53,725 nt of DNA from a virus (lineage: Duplodnaviria > Caudoviricetes). A model generated the notes under the pieces. That model did not search any database. It saw only the letters and a program-made list of their open reading frames with translations, and was not told the DNA's origin. Shown one piece after another: positions 46,506 through 53,725 of the stretch. The DNA lies in IMG/VR virus record IMGVR_UViG_3300032224_000518, positions 1 through 53,725 of that record. One strand, 5' to 3'. The position numbers and the translations under genes were made by a program. Numbering within the stretch: position 1 is the stretch's first letter; every line of letters starts with the position of its first letter.

Positions 46506-49208
46506 ATGAGTAACAAGATCATACTCAAAAAATCCTCTGTTGGAGCAAAAGTTCCAGTTACAGGGGATTTAGATTACGGTGAATTAGCATTAAACTATGC
46601 TGATGGTAAACTGTATTTTAAAAATTCTTCCAATCAAATAAGTTCATTCTCTGCAGCAGTAGACCTGTCAGGATATGCAACTCTAACAGGCTCGCAAACC
46701 CTTACCAACAAAACTCTTACTAGCCCAGCACTCACAACTCCGAGTGTTACTGGGCTAGCAACATTTACAACTACAACTGCAGCAAACGCAGTTAATATCA
46801 CCTATACACCAAGTGCTACTACTGGTTTTGCATTATCTATTACAGGTAAAGATTCTCAAGGTGGCACAGGTTATTTCGATTTCTTAAAAGTAACTAATAC
46901 GACTAGTGGTGTTACGAATGGTAGTAAATCATTCCGTATAAACTCAACTGGCGGTTTTGAAATTATTAACAGTGCTTATACTGCAAATATTTTCAACTTA
47001 TCTGATGCTGGCCAATTAACAGTATCTTCTCTAACAATTAATGGTGGTTCATTAACTGCTGGTGGATCTACTGGTACCTCTGGACAATTCCTTCAGTCTA
47101 CTGGTTCAGGTTTACAGTGGGCATCGCCAGCTGGTGGTGGTACTGTTCTTTCTATTACAGCAGGTACTGGTTTAACTGGTGGAACAATCACTTCTGCTGG
47201 TACTATCGCAATCGATACTTCAGTTGTTGCGACATTAACTGGCACTCAGACATTAACGAATAAGACTTTAACAAGTCCAACTATTAATACACCAAATATT
47301 TCTGGTCCAACAATAACTGGAAATCTTTACGCAACTGGAACGTATAACGTATTTGGCGATCTAGCTACTACTGCGCCATTTAGCAATAACGCATCTAGAT
47401 CTCTAAACTTAATTGGCGCCAGCGCAGTAATGCGTGTTGCAAGAACAACTACTACAGGCGATCCTGCAGTTGAATTGTTGGCATTAGATCCAACTACTGG
47501 ATCGCAATTAAGTTGGTGGGATTTCTTCACTAATACTGATCAATTTAATATTCGTCGTAGAACTGGTGGTGCTGCTGATGTTATGCTTAGAGTTAGTTCT
47601 ACTAACGTAGATTTTCCTCTCGGCTCAGCAACCCTTAATGGTGTTGCTATTCCTTCGATTAGCAGCACAAATACTTTAACAAATAAAACAATTAGTGGTG
47701 CATCTAACACATTAACGAATATTCCAAATAGTGCGTTAACAAATTCTTCAATATCAATTAATGGAACTTCCATTAGTTTGGGTGGTTCTGGTTCTATTAC
47801 AACCAGCGCAATTACTGAAGGTACTAACCTTTACTATACTTCAGCAAGATTTGATTCTGCATTCTCTGGAAAAACTACAACCAATCTAACCGAAGGAACA
47901 AATCTTTACTATACTTCAGCAAGATTTGATTCTGCATTTAGCGCTAAATCAACTACAAACTTAACTGAAGGATCAAACCTTTACTATACTGATGCAAGAG
48001 CAAGAGCTGCTCATTCAGCTGGTACTGGTATTTCTTACAATAGCACCACTGGTGTTATAAGTTTACCACAAGATATTGCTTCAACTGCTTCCCCTACATT
48101 CGCAGCATTAACTACAACTGGTAATGCCACTATTGGTGGAGCGTTAACAGTCACTGGTAATTTAACAGTTAATGGCACCACTGAATATTTAAATTCTACC
48201 ACAGTTCAAATTGCAGATAAAAATCTTGAACTTGGTAAAGTTGCTACACCTACTGATGCTACTGCCGATGGTGGTGGTATCACTATTAAAGGTGCAACTG
48301 ATAAAACCCTTAACTGGGTAAACGCAACAAGTTCTTGGACTTCTTCTGAGAACTTAGATCTAGCAACTGGAAAAACATACAAAATTAATGGTTCAGATGT
48401 ATTAACATCTAGCCAAGTGTTGGGTAAAACATTACCATCTGGAACTGTTGTTGGTACTTCTGATTCACAGACGCTTACAAATAAAACTCTTTCAAATCCT
48501 ACTATTGATGGAACTATTACATCAACAGGAACTGGAACACCTACCTTAACAAGTTCAACTAATATTAACTTAACAGCAGCTAATGCTGTTGTTATTACAG
48601 GTTCGCCACTCAGAGTTTCTAGTTATACAACTACAGCAAGAAATGCTCTTTCTAGTTCTAATGGCGATATCATATATAATAGTACTACTGGAAAAATAAA
48701 CGCATACCAGAATGGTTCTTGGGGTGCTGTTGGTGAAGTAACTTTAGCTGGTTCTGAAACTTTAACCAATAAAACTTTAGGCACAGTAACTTTAACAGGT
48801 GCTGTTATTGCCAACGGAACAGCTGGTACTAATGGTCAAGTTTTGGTTACTACTGGATCTGGTGTTCAGTGGGTAACAAGAAATACTGCAGCTTTATCAG
48901 GATTATCTGATGTTAGTATCAGTAATCCAGTTGCTCAACAGGTTTTAAAATATAACGGATCAACTTGGATTAACGCTGCAAATGATGTTGCAGTTGCTTC
49001 AGCTGTTTTTGCTACATCTCAAGCAGATCTTGGATCGGTAACTGATTCTGTTTTAGCATTCTCCGAAGATCTTGGTTATGTTTCTGATGTTGCATACTTC
49101 ATTTATGATATGGGACAATTGAGATTAGATGGTATTGTATCTCTACAAAACTTGGACCAGTCTGTAAAAGCAGATTATACTGCGATCGCTATTATCTTCG
49201 GATTCTAA
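46506..49208 (+). CDS. Long tail fibre protein
   Basis: IILKKSS...GELALNYADGKLYFK N-terminus; TLTNKT and EGTNLYYT repeats. Confidence 0.85.
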   Translation: MSNKIILKKSSVGAKVPVTGDLDYGELALNYADGKLYFKNSSNQISSFSAAVDLSGYATLTGSQTLTNKTLTSPALTTPSVTGLATFTTTTAANAVNITYTPSATTGFALSITGKDSQGGTGYFDFLKVTNTTSGVTNGSKSFRINSTGGFEIINSAYTANIFNLSDAGQLTVSSLTINGGSLTAGGSTGTSGQFLQSTGSGLQWASPAGGGTVLSITAGTGLTGGTITSAGTIAIDTSVVATLTGTQTLTNKTLTSPTINTPNISGPTITGNLYATGTYNVFGDLATTAPFSNNASRSLNLIGASAVMRVARTTTTGDPAVELLALDPTTGSQLSWWDFFTNTDQFNIRRRTGGAADVMLRVSSTNVDFPLGSATLNGVAIPSISSTNTLTNKTISGASNTLTNIPNSALTNSSISINGTSISLGGSGSITTSAITEGTNLYYTSARFDSAFSGKTTTNLTEGTNLYYTSARFDSAFSAKSTTNLTEGSNLYYTDARARAAHSAGTGISYNSTTGVISLPQDIASTASPTFAALTTTGNATIGGALTVTGNLTVNGTTEYLNSTTVQIADKNLELGKVATPTDATADGGGITIKGATDKTLNWVNATSSWTSSENLDLATGKTYKINGSDVLTSSQVLGKTLPSGTVVGTSDSQTLTNKTLSNPTIDGTITSTGTGTPTLTSSTNINLTAANAVVITGSPLRVSSYTTTARNALSSSNGDIIYNSTTGKINAYQNGSWGAVGEVTLAGSETLTNKTLGTVTLTGAVIANGTAGTNGQVLVTTGSGVQWVTRNTAALSGLSDVSISNPVAQQVLKYNGSTWINAANDVAVASAVFATSQADLGSVTDSVLAFSEDLGYVSDVAYFIYDMGQLRLDGIVSLQNLDQSVKADYTAIAIIFGF
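47800..48000 (+). repeat. Three tandem 75-bp (25-aa) repeats TEGxNLYYTxAR
   Basis: CTTTACTATACT at 47829, 47904 and 47979; the first two copies share CTTTACTATACTTCAGCAAGATTTGATTCTGCATT. Confidence 0.85.
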
Positions 49209-49226
49209 TTGAAATAAGGAAAACTA

Positions 49227-52200
49227 ATGTCTCGTGTCTTAACTGAAAAATATATTTTTACACCTGGACCAGTTGGTCAAGGTATCGTACAATTTCCTGG
49301 ACCATGTAAAGCAAATCAATTATTGATTATTGCGAATAAGAAAACACAGCAAAACATTTATGCTATTGGTGATCCTACAAAATCAGGTACAGTCGTTTAT
49401 GATCCAAATCCATCAACTCTATTCTATTCTGAGAAAGTTGGTGTAACTACAGTTACGTTGGCAGCTGATACTTCTACAATGTTATCTACTGATGATTTAG
49501 CAATCTATATGGATGCTCCAAATCATCAAGGTACTATTACTCGTCCATATTGGTTCGGTACTGATGCTATTGAACGTATGCGTGTCGCCAACCCTCAGGC
49601 AATGATTGACGCTGACTTTGAATATGGACTACAAACAACCAAGTGGCAGAACTATTCTGACATTAGAAACATTCCTGGTATCTATGAAAAACCTGGACTT
49701 GACTTATTCTTGGATACTGTTATCACTGATGGTGGAACACCTTCTATTGTTACAGTTACTTGTTTAGCACCACACTTATTAAAAGTAGGTGATCCTGTTG
49801 TTATTCATGGACTACAAAATTCAAATACAGCTGGTAGAGGTGAGGGAGCTTTTATTATTCAAACAACACCAACTGCTAATTCCTTTACATATATTGCCAA
49901 AGGTATCTGCGGAACTCCAGGATTGGCATTAGATTCTTCTGGAACATATGCACGTCGTGGTGGTTTATATGCAGGCGCAAAATTAAATATAGCAACTATT
50001 GTAAGCGATGGATTAAATCCATCAACATTAACAGTTACAACGTCAACACCTCACGGATTAATGCCAGGATCACCACTGTCGGCAATCGCTACTTCAACTG
50101 GTACAAACCATGCCTTAATCGGTGGTAATTTTTACACAGAACAAGTATTATCTCCAACATCATTTAAATACTCTGCTCGTGTTGGTGGAATCGTTTCAAC
50201 TGCAACTACTATTACAGGAAACATCTATATTCGTTCTGATGCGATTTCTGTGCATCGTCCATTCGATGGTGGCGTGTTGCTTGGACCATATAATGCTTCT
50301 CATGGTGCATCTATTTCACGTCAGACTAAAAAGTATATGCGTTACCAATCTGGTAAAGGTATGATGTGGACATCTGGTACATTATTCTGCCCAGTATACA
50401 ACCTCGACCAAGCATCTGCAACTGGCACTGCTGTTGGATCAACTGTTACTATTAGCACTGAACAAGTTCACGGACTTCAGGTTGGAGCTACAGTTGTTAT
50501 TGAAGGTGTCACTACTTCAGGATATAATGGCACATATGGTGTTTCTACCGTATTAGATGAACATACTTTCCAGTTTGCTGCATCAAACGTATTGGGATCT
50601 GCCACTTCAGTTCTTACCAATCTACCACGTGTAACAGTTAGAAACTGGTCAGGTTCAGTTGTTCGCTGCGGTGTTTTTGATGATCAAAACGGATTATTTT
50701 GGGAATATGATGGTACTGAATTGGCTTGTACTAAGCGTTCAGGAACCTACCAATTATCTGGATTTATAACTGTAAATCCAGGAAGCACAACTGTTAATGG
50801 CGTCGGAACTCGTTTTACACAGCAATGTTATGTGGGCGCAAATATTGTTATTCGTGGTATGACTTATTTTGTTAATGGTATAAATGGAGATAACCAGCTT
50901 TATATTAGTCCAGGATATCGTGGTATTAATACAGCAAGATCCGTTAAATGTTCTATGGTTATTGACACACGTGTTCGTCAATCAGAATTTAACATAGATA
51001 AATTGGATGGAACTGGACAGTCTGGATACAAATTAAATCCTGGTAAAATGCAGATGATGGGAATTCAGTTCTCTTGGTATGGTGCTGGTTTTATTGACTT
51101 TATGTGTCGTGGATCAGATGGTAATATGATTTGTGCTCATCGCATGAAAATGAATAACGTAAACAGAGAAGCCTATATGCGTACTGGTAACTCAACGATT
51201 CGTTATCAAGCTGCAAACTATGGACCAATCGATTTCCTTGCTTCAGATATAACTAGCACTCAAACTACTATCCCATTAAAAGACGCATCTCGTTTCCCAC
51301 AAGGTGGTGGTACAGTTTGTATTGACTATGAGATGATTAAATTTACAGGAGTATCTGGAAATAATTTAATTGGTTGTACTCGTGGTAGTACTATTACTCA
51401 GTTTTTAAATGGTAATACTAAAAATTTCCAAGGAACACCTGCTGCAGCGCACTTAGCTGGCAATGGATTTAATTCAGTACAATTAGTGAGTGTTACTGCT
51501 ACTCCTCTGATTAACCACTGGGGTTCTTCTTATATTATGGACGGTAATTTTGACGGAGACCGTGGATACTACTACAACTATCCATCTATTAACAACACAA
51601 TTCCAACTGGTAAATCTAAAACTTTATTCTATATTCGCTTGGCGCCATCAGTTTCAAACTCGATCGCTGCAGACTTTGGTGATCGTGAGTTAATTAATCG
51701 TGCTCAGCTGTTGCTACAAAAACTTCAAGTACAATCTGATCAATCTATTTTGATCACTGGTATGATGAATCCAGGTAATATTGATGCATCGACATTATAT
51801 TGGAACACTGTTAATGCTGCGAACTTCGGTTCTCAACCATCGTTCTCTCAGATATCTACAAGTAACTCAACTGCTGCAACTCCAGGCGAACAGATTTTCT
51901 CGACACTTGGTCAGCCAGGAGGTTTCTCTGAGATTGATTTGTCAGGACTTAAAGAATTGAGTAACTCTGCGATTGGTGGATTTAGTAACTTCCCTGATGG
52001 ACCAGACGTTCTTGCCATCGTTGCAACTAACAATGGTAGCGGTATTACTGACTTTGATGTAACTAAAACGACCACTGACTCTACAAGTAAATATAGAATT
52101 AACGGATATAATAACCCAACACTGACTGTATATCGTGGTGAAACTTATACATTTAACCTCGATGGTCAACCAATAAATAATATTGTTTCAGTAGCAGGTA

Positions 52201-52691
52201 CTGCAGGACAATTTACTTGCGGTGCATCTAATTTAGCAGTTGGTGACAGAGTAAGAATTACTGGGACATTAAGTGGTACTGCTACTATTACTGGTTATAC
52301 AACTGGTACTGAATATAAAGTTTCTGCTGTTACTGGAACTTCACCAAGCGTAACTGGTTTTACATTAACAACTCTTGGTGATGCTGCAATTACTACTACT
52401 GCTGGAACTGTAACTGGTTTGAGTTTTGTGAGTAGTAGTGGGTTTGGTAATCATCCATTCTGGATTAAAACTACAGATACAATCGGAACTACCGATGCGT
52501 ATACTACTGGCGTAACAAACAATGGCGCAAATTATGGACAGCAAATATCATGGACTGTTGATATTGATGCCCCAGATACATTATACTACCATTGCCAATA
52601 CCATACTGCAGACCATGGAACCATTAATGTTACAGATAGAGCAGCTGCCAGCGTCAACGTAAACTTGTTCTGGACTGAAGCACAATCATAA
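49227..52691 (+). CDS. Large virion structural protein with a C-terminal cupredoxin-like insert
   Basis: IDADFEYGLQTTKW, RYQSGKG, FDDQNGLFWE, WYGAG; beta-rich; HPFW...YYHCQYH. Confidence 0.75.
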   Translation: MSRVLTEKYIFTPGPVGQGIVQFPGPCKANQLLIIANKKTQQNIYAIGDPTKSGTVVYDPNPSTLFYSEKVGVTTVTLAADTSTMLSTDDLAIYMDAPNHQGTITRPYWFGTDAIERMRVANPQAMIDADFEYGLQTTKWQNYSDIRNIPGIYEKPGLDLFLDTVITDGGTPSIVTVTCLAPHLLKVGDPVVIHGLQNSNTAGRGEGAFIIQTTPTANSFTYIAKGICGTPGLALDSSGTYARRGGLYAGAKLNIATIVSDGLNPSTLTVTTSTPHGLMPGSPLSAIATSTGTNHALIGGNFYTEQVLSPTSFKYSARVGGIVSTATTITGNIYIRSDAISVHRPFDGGVLLGPYNASHGASISRQTKKYMRYQSGKGMMWTSGTLFCPVYNLDQASATGTAVGSTVTISTEQVHGLQVGATVVIEGVTTSGYNGTYGVSTVLDEHTFQFAASNVLGSATSVLTNLPRVTVRNWSGSVVRCGVFDDQNGLFWEYDGTELACTKRSGTYQLSGFITVNPGSTTVNGVGTRFTQQCYVGANIVIRGMTYFVNGINGDNQLYISPGYRGINTARSVKCSMVIDTRVRQSEFNIDKLDGTGQSGYKLNPGKMQMMGIQFSWYGAGFIDFMCRGSDGNMICAHRMKMNNVNREAYMRTGNSTIRYQAANYGPIDFLASDITSTQTTIPLKDASRFPQGGGTVCIDYEMIKFTGVSGNNLIGCTRGSTITQFLNGNTKNFQGTPAAAHLAGNGFNSVQLVSVTATPLINHWGSSYIMDGNFDGDRGYYYNYPSINNTIPTGKSKTLFYIRLAPSVSNSIAADFGDRELINRAQLLLQKLQVQSDQSILITGMMNPGNIDASTLYWNTVNAANFGSQPSFSQISTSNSTAATPGEQIFSTLGQPGGFSEIDLSGLKELSNSAIGGFSNFPDGPDVLAIVATNNGSGITDFDVTKTTTDSTSKYRINGYNNPTLTVYRGETYTFNLDGQPINNIVSVAGTAGQFTCGASNLAVGDRVRITGTLSGTATITGYTTGTEYKVSAVTGTSPSVTGFTLTTLGDAAITTTAGTVTGLSFVSSSGFGNHPFWIKTTDTIGTTDAYTTGVTNNGANYGQQISWTVDIDAPDTLYYHCQYHTADHGTINVTDRAAASVNVNLFWTEAQS

Positions 52692-52697
52692 TAAATA
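52691..52697 (+). promoter_or_regulatory. Late promoter motif ATAAATA
   Basis: At the gene boundary before the last fibre gene. Confidence 0.55.
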
Positions 52698-52722
52698 GAG
52701 AATAAAAAGATAAAGGACACTC

Positions 52723-53725
52723 ATGTCAACCCAAGTACAATTTAGAAGAGGATCTACTACCCAGAACAATGCGTTTACTGGTGCAGCAGGAGAGATAACA
52801 TATGATACTGATGTAAAAACATTACGTATTCATGATGGAACTACTGCTGGTGGTGGAGCAACTGTTTTAACTACAACTGCCACTCAAACTATATTAAATA
52901 AAACGCATAGTACAGGTTCTGTTTGGGCTGGTGGTCTTATTGGTACTGCATATGGTGGTACTGGTAGAAATATTACACCAGCTGCTGGTGGAATAGTTTA
53001 TAGTACTGCGTCTAACTTTAATCTTTCTAACGCAGGTACTTCTGGTCAGGTTCTTATTTCTGGTGGTGATTCTGCTCCATCTTGGGTTGCTTCTACTTCT
53101 CTACAAGCTGGTAACTCTGTAAACTCAACATACGCAACTAATATTGCAGGTGGTTCTGCTGGACAGTTGTTAATTCAGCAAGATGCTTCGTTAACAACAT
53201 TCATTACTGCTGGTGATGCTGGTACGTTCTTGAAATCAGCAGGTGCTGGTTATGCTCCGCAATGGGCAAGTGGACAGGTTACCTACGGTTCTACAACTGT
53301 TCCTTTCGGTTCAACTTCTACGTCAATTGCAGGTTTAACTGCCATTGATGGTACTACTGGTGCTACATCTTTCTTTGCAACACCATCAGGAACTGTTTCT
53401 CTGTTAGGTGCTGCAATAAGTTTAACAATAGGTAATAGTGCAAACACAGTTTCTATTGGTTCTACCAATGGTACTACTACAGTTAGAAACAGTTTAGTTG
53501 TTACAGGCGATTTCACTGTTAATGGTACTACAACTACTATTAACTCAACAACTTATAATGTTGACGATAAAAATATCGAACTCGGTGCAGTAGCTACTCC
53601 TACAGATACAACTGCTGATGGTGGTGGTATTGATCTGTTTGGCGCTACAACAAAATATATTAGATTTGATAATGCTAATCAAAACTGGACTTCTTCAGAA
53701 AACTGGAACATCTTAACTGGTAAAA
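52723..53725 (+). CDS. Tail fibre protein with Mtd-like N-terminal domain (runs off window end)
   Basis: Read manually: MSTQVQFRRGSTTQNNAFTGAAGEITYDTDVKTLRIHDG; AAGGA RBS; no stop seen before window end. Confidence 0.85.
   Translation, partial: MSTQVQFRRGSTTQNNAFTGAAGEITYDTDVKTLRIHDGTTAGGGATVLTTTATQTILNKTHSTGSVWAGGLIGTAYGGTGRNITPAAGGIVYSTASNFNLSNAGTSGQVLISGGDSAPSWVASTSLQAGNSVNSTYATNIAGGSAGQLLIQQDASLTTFITAGDAGTFLKSAGAGYAPQWASGQVTYGSTTVPFGSTSTSIAGLTAIDGTTGATSFFATPSGTVSLLGAAISLTIGNSANTVSIGSTNGTTTVRNSLVVTGDFTVNGTTTTINSTTYNVDDKNIELGAVATPTDTTADGGGIDLFGATTKYIRFDNANQNWTSSENWNILTGK

Noticed and set aside
47800-48000. Regularly spaced direct repeats (also 26268-26350) as a mini-CRISPR array
   Set aside because: In-frame coding repeats with periods of 75 and 60 bp; the intervening parts are also homologous; no leader or cas genes
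52723-53725. Diversity-generating retroelement suggested by the Mtd-like N-terminus and Asn-codon-rich tracts
   Set aside because: No reverse transcriptase and no TR/VR pair differing only at adenines seen in this window; cannot be excluded beyond the window end

Overview
This window is a segment of an AT-rich T4-like (myovirus) phage genome, probably infecting a Gram-negative host; a betaproteobacterium is a weak guess from the tmRNA tag. Bases 1-10.9 kb (+) carry small accessory and host-takeover genes (metallophosphoesterase, MazG-like, HAD nucleotidase, PhoH, GH19 endolysin, exonuclease, outer-membrane beta-barrel, SleB, ClpP), a circularly permuted two-piece tmRNA, and gp33-gp59-gp32. 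Bases 11-16.3 kb (-) carry the tape measure/hub gene, gp51, gp26, gp16, a holin, gp54, gp2 and gp4. Bases 16.4-37.4 kb (+) carry the baseplate genes (gp48, 53, hub, 5, PAAR, 25, 6, 7, 8), a DUF4815 protein and a tail fibre. Bases 37.4-43.2 kb form an enzyme island inside the tail-fibre region: a 122-aa protein with (Asn-Cys)n repeats, a radical SAM/SPASM enzyme, a signal-peptide-less DctP-like binding protein, a PP-loop ATPase and a degenerate 2OG-Fe(II) oxygenase fold, mostly preceded by late-promoter motifs. Bases 43.3-53.7 kb carry further fibre proteins. Top candidates: (1) a phage RiPP-like radical-SAM system that may crosslink a Cys/Asn-rich, fibre-associated protein; (2) the permuted tmRNA near a phage ClpP; (3) a probable -1 frameshift fusing gp26 to gp51 upstream of the tape measure gene. 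All calls come from motif recognition by eye; no database searches were run.
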